A stretch of DNA of 64,000 nucleotides, from the NCBI GenBank assembly GCA_002269645.1, contig NIVC01002547.1, forward strand, positions 60,849 through 124,848, given 5' to 3'. The translations under genes and the position numbers were made by a program. This DNA is from Macrostomum lignano (Eukaryota). Shown in pieces: positions 54,236 to 64,000 of the stretch (position 1 is its first letter; each line of letters starts with the position of its first letter). The notes under the pieces were generated by a model. It made no database searches. It was not told where the DNA came from and saw only the letters and a program-made list of their open reading frames with translations.

Positions 54236-55973
54236 GGGAGAGAGGAGAGGAAGAGGAAGGAAGGGAGAGTGAGGAGAGAGAGAGGAAGGAAAGGGATAGA
54301 GGAGAGAGAGAGGAAGGAAAGGGAGAGAGGAGAGAGAGAGGAAGGAAAGGGAGAGAGGAGAGAGAGAGGAAGGAAAGGGAGAGAGGAGAGAGAGAGGAAG
54401 GAAAGGGAGAGAGGAGAGAGAGAGGAAGGAAAGGGAGAGAGGAGAGAGAGGGGAAGGAAGGGAGAGAGAGGAGAGAGAGGGAGTGTGAGCAAGAAGGGCA
54501 GCAGAGGAAGCATTCAGCCAGAGCCACACCGGTGTTGTAGATGCACTCGATCCCGGTGGTGGAGTTCAGGTCGCAGGGTGGCATCAGCTTCCGGTTGCAG
54601 TCGAACAGCGTCAGCTCGTCGCCGTCGTGCTTGCACTGCACGTGGCCCACGATGATGTCCTGCCGCTTGTAGTGGCCGGTGCCGTAGTACGAGTTCTTGT
54701 ACACCCGGTTGGCTCCGCTGCGGGCCGAGTTCAGTTTGAACTCTCGTGCTGCCCGCTTTTTCCCCTTCACAAACCGGCTCTCACCCCATCTACTCTCACC
54801 CTATCTACTCTCACCCCATCTACTCTTACCCTATCTACTCTCACCCCATCTACTCTCACTCCATCTACTCTCACCCCATCTACTCTCACCCCATCTACTC
54901 TCACCCCATCTACTCTCACTCCATCTACTCTCACTCCATCTACTCTCACCCCATCTACTCTCACCCCATCTACTCTCACCCCATCTACTCTCACCCCATC
55001 TACTCTCACCCCATCTACTCTCACCCCATCTACTCTCACCCCATCTACTCTCACCCCATCTCACCTCACCTGCTCTCACCCCATCTACTCTCACCCCTTC
55101 TACTCTCAACCCATCTACTCTCACCCTATCGAATCTCGCCATATCGACTCTCACGTATCAAATCTCGCCCTATCAAATCTCGACCTATCGAATTTCACCT
55201 ATCGAATCTCACCCTATCGAATCTCACCCTATCGAATCTCACCTATCGAATCTCACCTATCGAATCTCACCCCAGGCAGGCCCTGTTCCCAGCTCACAGC
55301 TCGAAGCCCAGCTGGTGGCAGACCAGCGTGGCCTCAATCTGCTGCACGTAGTCACCGCAGACGAGCCCCCAGACGCCGTGGTAGTTGACCTCGACGCGGC
55401 CCTCGTTGGGGTTCATCTTCATCAGGTCGCCGCGGATTCGCACGATCTGCGGCGTCGGGGGCACCCCGCCGGTGCGGTGGCGGCTCAGCTCGTCCGGCTT
55501 TGAGTCCGGCGAGGTGCGCGGATAGCCGGGCTGCGGTTCGGGGTTCGAGTCGCCGAACAGGCGCAGCGGGATGAAGGGGCTGGTGGCCTCGCGTCTGCTG
55601 CGCGCGTGCCGCGAGCCCTCGACTGCGGGGCCGGGTGGGATGGTTACGTTGAGCAGAGACGCTCCTCATCACAGGAACTACTCACAGTAGTAGTTGTGAC
55701 TCAACAGAAATTTTATTTGTGTTCTGATATGAATTTTTCATTATTCACAATGTTGAACATTTTTTACTCTTTTTTAGCCTTGCTTACAGGTGAAAGCAAG
55801 CAAAAGCAAGTTAGAAAAGTTGCAAAATTTAATAACAAAGGTTTGCCTGCTCAAGTCAAGAGCAACTCACGAGTCTTGACCGCTGCCCCCGTCAGGCTGA
55901 GGCCCGCCGCCCGGCTCGCAAGCAGCGGCGCCAGCAGCAGCAGCGGTAGTAGAAGCGACAGCTGGGTTGCCAT
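43185..55973 (-). CDS. Mosaic secreted trypsin-like serine protease, ~1,259 aa, 19 exons: SP-SRCR-C-type lectin-kringle-LDLa-LDLa-PAN-LDLa-SRCR-LDLa-SRCR-trypsin
   Basis: Exons: 55973-55871, 55622-55298, 54717-54530, 53435-53262, 52307-51967, 50320-49992 (5' edge uncertain), 49778-49696, 49611-49569, 49485-49394, 48790-48681, 48602-48431, 47950-47828, 46935-46594, 46470-46357, 45444-45098, 44803-44569, 44489-44206, 44026-43782, 43312-43185. All introns are GT-AG and phases are consistent after two 1-nt corrections (G/C runs at ~45305-45309 and ~43799-43806). Catalytic motifs [13 protein letters not shown] and [10 protein letters not shown] are intact. Confidence 0.9.
43591..43805 (-). repeat. 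31-bp tandem repeat made of the exon 18 end plus donor site
   Basis: 7 copies of GGGGGCCGCTGAGGAGTGGGGAGG|GTGAGT(A). Confidence 0.95.
45488..46366 (-). repeat. Compound 32-bp and 38-bp minisatellite in protease intron 14
   Basis: GACATCCTGA|GTGAGT... units (31-32 bp) grade into about 18 copies of a 38-bp unit TCCTGAGTGATGAGTGGCAGGGGCTGCAGGTACAGGTG. Confidence 0.95.
46968..47800. repeat. 33-bp minisatellite in protease intron 12
   Basis: About 25 copies of TCTGGCGGCATCTCAGACTGGGAGAGACCG(A/G)GT. Confidence 0.97.
47990..48342. repeat. 32-bp minisatellite in protease intron 11
   Basis: About 11 copies of CCAGCTAACAATAAACTGTCACTGCCTGAGAT. Confidence 0.95.
48859..49256 (+). mobile_element. Second, diverged SINE sharing a core with the 38.6-kb SINE; internal 61-bp segment amplified four times (48964-49207)
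   Basis: G-run and degenerate tRNA-like head. Shared blocks CCAACCCCC(C)AAGG, GTGTACATGCCT, GGGCCGCTGTACAC, TGTGAG and TGCCTGCG. A-rich end near 49250. Confidence 0.7.
49295..49393 (-). repeat. 15-bp repeat derived from the intron 9 donor
   Basis: Donor GTGAGTCTGTGCTGA followed by 6 copies starting CTGAGTCTG. Confidence 0.92.
49812..49993 (-). repeat. 14-bp repeat forming most of protease intron 6 (GTGAGTGAGGCTGT)
   Basis: About 13 copies starting exactly at the donor. Confidence 0.95.
50308..51768. repeat. 21-bp minisatellite in protease intron 5 (TAGCCTGAGATCTGTGTGCTG)
   Basis: About 68 copies with +A variants; flanked by a 16-bp direct repeat. Confidence 0.97.
51769..51957. repeat. 18-bp minisatellite in protease intron 5 (GATCCTCATCAAAGCGGG)
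   Basis: About 10.5 perfect copies abutting the 21-bp array. Confidence 0.97.
52425..53240. repeat. 20-bp minisatellite in protease intron 4 (TCTGACTCAATCAGCAGTCA)
   Basis: About 40 variant copies. Confidence 0.95.
53620..54485. repeat. Compound GA-rich repeat with (GA)n in protease intron 3
   Basis: Almost pure purine tract with ~23-26 bp subunits and perfect GA runs. Confidence 0.95.
54778..55270. repeat. 14-15 bp minisatellites in protease intron 2 (CTCTCACCCCATCTA; CGAATCTCACC(C)TAT)
   Basis: About 23 copies plus about 9 copies. Confidence 0.93.
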
Positions 55974-57047
55974 GGTGACTGCGATTTTGAAGGAAAGTTC
56001 AAGCCGGTGGTCAGAATTTCAAGGCCAGAACAGACAAGGCCAGAGTTTCGGGGCCTCGGCCGGACAACCTGGGCCTGCCGCCGCCTTTTATCTCGGCGCC
56101 TTCTGGCCCGCATTAAGCCTCATCCATTCAGCCTCCCGACGCGGCTGATGAAGGGCCGGTGTCCTCACCTGCCCCCGCAGCCTGTCATCGCCGAATCCCG
56201 GGGCACCGACGGTCAGGTGGGCAGCGGTGATTTCTCACCTCCAGGCCAGCAGCCGAATTGATAAGAGAGCCAAGAAAAATCGCCCGCCCGCCCTGACCGC
56301 GCGGCCCCAATTAAAATATTTGCTCAGCTTTGCGAATTTATCTTATGCAGCGCGCACATTGCTACTGATTGGCGATAGACAGTAGTGTACAATGGTTGCA
56401 AATTTCACGACACAAGGAGTTTACCGTTGGCTTTGAATCGGAGGCAATACGAAGCTCGCTATGGTGTTTTTCTGAGCTGAAATCGGAGATCAATCAGGTA
56501 AAAATGTAAAATCCTCATGGGGATGCTGGAATGGCTTTGAATAAGCTGGTACGAGCGCACACATTCGGACAGTGCTGCTGCCTCACCAGTTGCCATGGAG
56601 AGTCGCCAATAACTGTTCGGCAGGCCACGGTATACCGGAGATGAACCGGTGCTGGTGCGGAAGCGCGGGCGCCCCCCCCCCCCAACAGGCTGGGCGGTTG
56701 CTGACGAGCCCGGACTGAAACCCAAGACCTGCTGTTGGCGGCAGAGGCCCCTCAGAAGTGGCAGGTTTATGATGGGCGGCCACCGACACCAACGCGGTGT
56801 CGGGTTTCACCATTTTATAGCCGCGGCCGCCGCGCTCTCCCCGCTCCTTCCGGCCGCCGGAATCCCACTGAGGATCTCGGGCGCGAGCCGCGGCCACCCC
56901 ATCACTGCACAAAGCAGATTCGGCAAGAAGCCAAATTACTGAAATCCGAGCTCGAGGGTTTTTCCTATTCAGCTTTTTGTTGCTCCGCTCATTGATAAAT
57001 ATTTATGGCTGCGCCTGGCGACTCCGCCCTCAGCTATTGAGACAAGG

Positions 57048-57465
57048 AGTGCCAGACAAGGAGTGCCAGGCAAGGAGTGCCAGGCAAGGAGTGCCAGGCA
57101 AGGAGTGCCAGGCAAGGAGTGCCAGGCAAGGAGTGCCAGGCAAGGAGTGCCAGACAAGGAGTGCCAGACAAGGAGTGCCAGACAAGGAGTGCCAAACAAG
57201 GAGTGCCAGACAAGGAGTGCCAGACAAGGAGTGCCAGACAAGGAGTGCCAGGCAAGGAGTGCCAGGCAAGGAGTGCCAGGCAAGGAGTGCCAGACAAGGA
57301 GTGCCAGACAAGGAGTGCCAAACAAGGGGTGCCAGACAAGGAGTGTCAGACAAGGAGTGCCAGACAAGGAGTGCCAGACAAGGAGTGCCAGACAAGGAGT
57401 ACTAGACAAAAACTACTAGACAAGGAGTGTCAAGGAGTGTCAGACAAAAAGTGTCAGACAAGGAG
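57048..57465. repeat. 14-bp minisatellite (GTGCCAG[A/G]CAAGGA)
   Basis: About 29 copies, degenerating to the right. Confidence 0.95.
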
Positions 57466-58254
57466 TCATTTTTCACTTGCAAAAGTACCAAGAGCGCAGT
57501 TTGGGATCACAACTTTGACCATTCAAATAAAAAGATCACGCCAGAGAATTCAGACAGTCCGCGGCAAGACAATCATTTCGGGGACCTGTTCTGAGAACGC
57601 GGCTACTCGCCAACAAAACGGGGCGCATTCAGAGCCGGGTGCTTTACCGCAGCTAATTAAAAAGTTGGCAGAGGTTGCCGAGGCCCCAGACTCCATGCAG
57701 TCCGCAGGGGGAGTCGCGTGCGGCTCCTCAAGCGCGGCGCTGCCGGCCCCAATTTGGCACAGAGCCGGCCGCCTCATCTGCCCCCCCCAAGGATAAGAAG
57801 CCAGAAGCAAAATAACGAGGCCTGGGATAACACACGCGACTGGTGCCTTGATGGACGGGCCGGGCTGAGAGCCCCGCGGGAGGTTTTGAGTCGGGGTCGC
57901 CGGGTGAGATTTTGGGAGATAAAAAAACCGCCGGGCCACGAGACCCCGGCTTGGCTGGCTGCCAGCAATTTCTCATAGAATTCTAAATATTTATGGCGGC
58001 ATGTGTGCCGGCCCGCATTGGCGGCGAGACCCCGGCCGCCCCGCCCAGGCGGCCTCAATGCCGCAAGCTGAGCAAACAGTTGGGGCGGGGGCCCCGGATA
58101 CTCGGGCTTGCGAAATCCCCATTCAGCCCGTTTAGCCTCCCATCCACAGTGGCCCCTGCCTGAGTCGTTGTCAAATTAATTTCTCCCATTTGAATAATTT
58201 CTCTGCTTTTCTTCATGAAGCCAATCTGCCTCGCAATATCCTTGAACTATCCTA

Positions 58255-59442
58255 CAGATTTTGGGATCTGCAGATTGAACTGGGATCTGTAGATTCAATT
58301 GGGATCTGTAGATTGAACTGGGATCTGTAGATTGAACTGGGATCTGTAGATTCAATTGGGATCTGTAGATTGAACTGGGATCTGTAGATTGAACTGGGAT
58401 CTGCAGATTGAACTGGGATCTGTAGATTGAACTGGGATCTGTAGATTGAACTGGGATCTGTAGATTGAACTGGGATCTGCAGATTGAACTGGGATCTGTA
58501 GATTGAACTGGGATTTGTAGATTGAACTGGGATCTGTAGATTGAACTGGGATCTGTAGATTGAATTGGGATCCGTAGATTGAATTGGGATCTGTAGATTG
58601 AATTGGGATCTGTAGATTGAACTGGGATCTGTAGATTGAACTGGGATCTGTAGATTGAACTGGGATCTGTAGATTGAATTGGGATCTGTAGATTGAATTG
58701 GGATCCGTAGATTGAACTGGGATCTGTAGATTGAATTGGGATCTTTAGATTGAACTGGGATCTGTAGATTGAACTGGGATCTGTAGATTGAACTGGGATC
58801 TGTAGATTGAATTGGGATCCGTAGATTGAATTGGGATCTGTAGATTGAATTGGGATCTGTAGATTGAACTGGGATCTGTAGATTGAATTGGGATCCGTAG
58901 ATTGAATTGGGATCTGTAGATTGAACTGGGATCTGTAGATTGAACTGGGATCCGTAGATTGAATTGGGATCTGTAGATTGAACTGGGATCTGTAGATTGA
59001 ATTGGGATCTGTAGATTGAATTGGGATCTGTAGATTGAATTGGGATCTGTAGATTGAACTGGGATCTGTAGATTGAATTGGGATCTGTAGATTGAACTGG
59101 GATCTGTAGATTGAACTGGGATCTGTAGATTGAACTGGGATCTGTAGATTGAATTGAGATCTGTAGATTGAACTGAGATCTGTAGATTGAACTGGGATCT
59201 GTAGATTGAATTGAGATCTGTAGATTGAACTGGGATCTGTAGATTGAACTGGGATCTGTAGATTGAATTGGGATCTGTAGATTGAATTGGGATCTGTAGA
59301 TTGAACTGGGATCTGCAGATTGAATTGGGATCTGTAGATTGAACTGGGATCTGTAGATTGAACTGGGATCTGTAGATTGAACTGGGATCTGTAGATTGAA
59401 CTGGGATCTGTAGATTGAACTGGGATCTGTAGATTGAATTGG
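58255..59442. repeat. 19-bp minisatellite (GGGATCTGTAGATTGAA[C/T]T)
   Basis: About 62 copies. Confidence 0.97.
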
Positions 59443-61147
59443 CATCCCCAGACATGAAGCACTGCATGCCAGCAGCCCCCCACAGGTGTCATGCGATGCT
59501 TGGCAGCGGCAGCTGAGGCTCAGCCAGCAAATAAATTTTATGACGCGATGAGTTTCCGTTTCGGTAGGAAATGGCGCTGGCAGCCCCGGCAGGGGTTTCC
59601 CGTGCCCCGCTGACCCAGCTGACCCAGCTGACCCAGTTCTCGGCTGCCGCGGCCGTGAGAAACTGCCTCAGTTTCCTCTGTAGCGCACCGCCCGTGCCGC
59701 CTCTGCATCCGGGATTCGCTGGTGCAGGCAGGGGTCTGTTGGTGGCACGGGGAGGGGGGCAACTGCCTGGCCGGCTGCCTGTTGCTTGCGGCAGAAATCA
59801 AAGCCGAGATTTTTGGCTCTGGAAGACTCAGAAAGTGCTTTCTAGATTTGGATGCTTATTGTGCTTAGCTCTTAGATGGCACTGCTTTGCGGCCAAATGA
59901 TATTCTCACTATGTAGTCACCATGGCCAACAACATCGAGTGCCTTCCCGAGTTTATTCTCCAAGCAGCACTGAGATGTAAAACCCGAGTGAAGCGATATT
60001 GCTGGAAAATTTCGCACCGTAAACTGCAGTCTGCGGGCCATAAACAGCGAACCAAAAGTGTCTCATCCATCGCTCCGATAAAACTTTCCCCTTTGTGCCA
60101 TAGACATTTCCCACGCTGAGACAGTCGGGGTTAAAGAACGCGGAAGCTCAGCGCATGTCCTGTAAAATCTCAGCGAGCAATAAAATATTTATGAAGGCCG
60201 AAACTGAACAGTCAAGCAACAAGCCCTGCTCTGCCCGGCTCCCCGGTTGTCAATGTGGCTCGCAAAATGTTTAATTGTCAGCCCGCGCTCCGCACTGCAG
60301 GGCCCGCAGGTTTGCTCTGATTTCAGTTTCCAAAGCCCATAATTGTAGCGATCCCCAGTTGCCAATGGGAGTTCGGGGGCCATAAAGCACAGAAACTGAC
60401 ACCCAACTGGCAAAAATGCAGCGAATGCCATGGTTTTTCTTGTTTCACCGACTGCTTTTTGTTACTTTCAGTTCTGCTTTCAGTCGCTCTCGAGTTTCCA
60501 CGCGCGAGTCGCCCCGCTGCCCGAAACAGAAATCTCTGGCAGGTTTGGTGCCGTCTCCGTGCGCCCTCATCTCTGGGTTGTTTTCACGGTGGAATTTGTC
60601 ATTCTGAAACTTGTCGGGGCATTTTTATGGCCCCGAAGGTCCTTCAGGCAGATGATGACCAATGCGGACTCATGACCCACACTTTGGCTCCCCAGCAAGG
60701 CACCGGAAAACCGCTGGTTGAGATTGAGGACTCATGGTTGAAATTAAGGAAAAGCTGGTTGGTAAAAGAAACTGCAACGCTTTCAAGAGAAGATTTGATT
60801 ATCTACGCAGAAATGACGAGTGGCTCATGGTGTTCAGCATCACAGGCTGATTTTCCAGTGTTAATTGACCCTGCGGCCTGTGAAGAATTGCCTGCCAGAT
60901 TTATTATCTCTGTAATTGCTTTCAGCCCGATTCTCAGTGCCGGGGCTTCAGGCCGCAGGTGCGGGCTCGAAACTCCCTCTGCAGATCGCTGCGTCAGTTC
61001 GGAGTGCGACACCCAATTCCCGGCTAAACAGTGCGGCATTGCGTCACTCGCGGCGGTATCTCCCAGCCTCCTTCATCCTCGGCCCCGGCCGGCAAAGTCA
61101 AACAGCCGCAGATAAGCTGGAGTGTCAACTTTGCCGTGCAAGTGCGC

Positions 61148-62895
61148 GAGTCATAAAGCTGGATGCTGTCATGACGAGTCATAGAGCTGGATGCTGTCAT
61201 GAGACGAGTCATAGAGGTGTGTGCTGTCATGACACGAGTCATAGAGCTGGATGCTGTCATGACACGAGTCATAGAGCTGGATGCTGTCATGACGAGTCAT
61301 AGAGCTGGATGCTGTCATGACACGAGTCATAAAGCTGGATGCTGTCATGACACGAGTCATAAAGCTGGATGCTGTCATGACACGAGTCATAGAGGTGTGT
61401 GCTGTCATGACACGAGTCATAGAGGTGTGTGCTGTCATGACACGAGTCATAGAGCTGGATGCTGTCATGGCACGAGTCATAGAGCTGGATGCTGTCATGA
61501 CACGAGTCATAGAGCTGGATGCTGTCATGACACGAGTCATAGAGCTGGATGCTGTCATGAAGAGTCATAGAGCTGGATGCTGTCATGACACGAGTCATAA
61601 ATAGAGCTGGATGCTGTCATGACACGAGTCATAGAGGTGTGTGCTGTCATGACACGAGTCATAGAGGTGTGTGCTGTCATGACACGAGTCATAGAGCTGG
61701 ATGCTGTCATGGCACGAGTCATAGAGCTGGATGCTGTCATGACACGAGTCATAGAGGTGTGTGCTGTCATGACACGAGTCATAGAGCTGGATGCTGTCAT
61801 GGCACGAGTCATAGAGCTGGATGCTGTCATGACACGAGTCATAGAGCTGGATGCTGTCATGACACGAGTCATAGAGCTGGATGCTGTCATGAAGAGTCAT
61901 AGAGCTGGATGCTGTCATGACACGAGTCATAAATAGAGCTGGATGCTGTCATGACACGAGTCATAGAGGTGTGTGCTGTCATGACACGAGTCATAGAGGT
62001 GTGTGCTGTCATGACACGAGTCATAGAGGTGTGTGCTGTCATGACACGAGTCATAGAGGTGTGTGCTGTCATGACACGAGTCATAGAGCTGGATGCTGTC
62101 ATGGCACGAGTCATAGAGCTGGATGCTGTCATGACACGAGTCATAGAGCTGGATGCTGTCATGACACGAGTCATAGAGCTGGATGCTGTCATGAAGAGTC
62201 ATAGAGCTGGATGCTGTCATGACACGAGTCATAAATAGAGCTGGATGCTGTCATGACACGAGTCATAGAGGTGTGTGCTGTCATGACACGAGTCATAGAG
62301 GTGTGTGCTGTCATGACACGAGTCATAGAGCTGGATGCTGTCATGGCACGAGTCATAGAGCTGGATGCTGTCATGACACGAGTCATAGAGGTGTGTGCTG
62401 TCATGACACGAGTCATAGAGCTGGATGCTGTCATGGCACGAGTCATAGAGCTGGATGCTGTCATGACACGAGTCATAGAGCTGGATGCTGTCATGACACG
62501 AGTCATAGAGCTGGATGCTGTCATGAAGAGTCATAGAGCTGGATGCTGTCATGACACGAGTCATAAATAGAGCTGGATGCTGTCATGACACGAGTCATAG
62601 AGGTGTGTGCTGTCATGACACGAGTCATAGAGGTGTGTGCTGTCATGACACGAGTCATAGAGCTGGATGCTGTCATGGCACGAGTCATAGAGCTGGATGC
62701 TGTCATGACACGAGTCATAGAGCTGGATGCTGTCATGACACGAGTCATAGAGCTGGATGCTGTCATGACGAGTCATAGAGCTGGATGCTGTCATGACACG
62801 AGTCATAAATAGAGCTGGATGCTGTCATGACACGAGTCATAGAGGTGTGTGCTGTCATGACACGAGTCATAAAGCTGGATGCTGTCATGACAAGA
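61148..62895. repeat. 30-bp minisatellite with higher-order structure (GAGTCATAGAGCTGGATGCTGTCATGACAC)
   Basis: About 58 units; a variant marker recurs every 242-332 bp. Confidence 0.97.
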
Positions 62896-63924
62896 GTCCT
62901 AGCAACAGAGTCATTTGCCTTGAAAAAAGCCACCAAAAGCCGGCGGGCCTTCCAAGAGCGCAGAAGTCTCGCGACCGCCCCAGCAGCTGCCGCACGAAGG
63001 CCCAACAGCCGCATCTGTAAAGTTAAGGCGAGCTCGAAATGCTTAGGGAGTTCGCACCGCTCCGAACGCTTCGGCCACTTCAGCGCTCCTTCTTCGATCC
63101 CCGCACGGGCGGCGCTGACCCGGATGCAGTCGCACCTGGCCGGATTACGCCACGGGCCCGCCCCTCCAGCTCATTGATATCCCACTGATGCCCCAGCGTG
63201 ACGGGCCTGGGGATTAAGCACAGCTGGGGTCAGCTGACTGGCCAGTTTAGCTAAACAAAACTTGCAGGCAAACTGCAGGCCTCGGCAACGAGTTTATGGC
63301 GCAGGCTCGAGTAGCGAATATTTATATTATTGAAAACTGCGGGCGGTGACGCAAGTCTCCCGCAGTGTCATCCGAGCTGTCACCGATGACGAGAGTCCGG
63401 GGATGGCCGGCTTCCGCCCTCCTCCTGACTCGTAATTGCCTTCTCAAAGCTGCTGTCTATGGCCGCGACCCCCCGCCGGCCTCCGTGCGGCTCGCGACAA
63501 AAACTCGGCGTGGCGTCACCGCTGAGCAGCCGGATGGAGCCCCCCTGTCTCCGGGCCGAGATGGCCTGCATTGTTGTTCGAGTGGCAATTCGATCTAATT
63601 CGAATCGAATATCCATCTATTTCCCAAGCTCGGGCTCAACAAGTATTTGGCCAGCATTGCCTGCTTGTGAATTGGGAAACATGCAATTTTAGGACACTCG
63701 ACTGGCCCACGGGAGATGCGAAGTGTGCCGTGCGATGGCCTGTCAGTCACGGATTCTGGAGCTGCTCAGCTGCTCTGCTATCGCCCGGTTACTGGGGCTC
63801 AGTTGATGCTTAAGGTGTGCGCGCAGGGAAAGGGGAAGAGTAGAGCTGAGACTGTGGGATGGAGAGAGCGTTTAAAATAGAGAGGGACAGCGGGTCAGAG
63901 AAAGGGAGACGAGTGAGACAGATA

Positions 63925-64000
63925 GATTTAGATACAGAGATACAGACAGATACAGACAGATACAGACAGATACAGAGATACAGATGGATATAGACAGATA
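63925..64000. repeat. GATACAGA(CA)-type short tandem repeat running off the window
   Basis: Repeated GATACAGACA / GATACAGA. Confidence 0.8.

Noticed and set aside
53488-54770. Arg/Glu-rich and Leu/Ser/Pro-rich ORFs
   Set aside because: Translation of the GA-rich repeat in protease intron 3.
59571-59900. Possible first exon MALAAPAGVSRAPLTQLTQLTQFSAAAA followed by GTGAGA
   Set aside because: No downstream exon or recognisable domain could be linked to it.

Overview
Eukaryotic (metazoan) genomic DNA with spliceosomal GT-AG introns, GC3-rich exons, long AT-rich blocks and very dense minisatellites. This profile resembles the flatworm Macrostomum, which is an inference and not a database match. 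Five host genes can be built by hand: GRIPAP1 (+, 3 exons), an intronless MATH-like/BTB gene (+), a divergent BiP/HSPA5 ending in KEEL (-, 5 exons, nine small indels that look like long-read errors), a theta-class GST (+, 3 exons, head-to-head with BiP), and a 19-exon ~1,260-aa mosaic secreted protease (-; SP-SRCR-CTL-kringle-LDLa-LDLa-PAN-LDLa-SRCR-LDLa-SRCR-trypsin). Mobile DNA comprises the 5' end of a Copia element nested in a Gypsy integrase, a hAT-type MITE with an 8-bp TSD, and two tRNA-derived SINEs that share a core domain. More than 20 unrelated tandem arrays (12-61 bp units) fill introns, regions just past stop codons and intergenic space. The most unusual signal is that several intronic arrays in the protease gene are tandem amplifications of that intron's own splice junction, producing runs of up to 13 decoy donor sites. 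No CRISPR, rRNA or intact tRNA gene was found.
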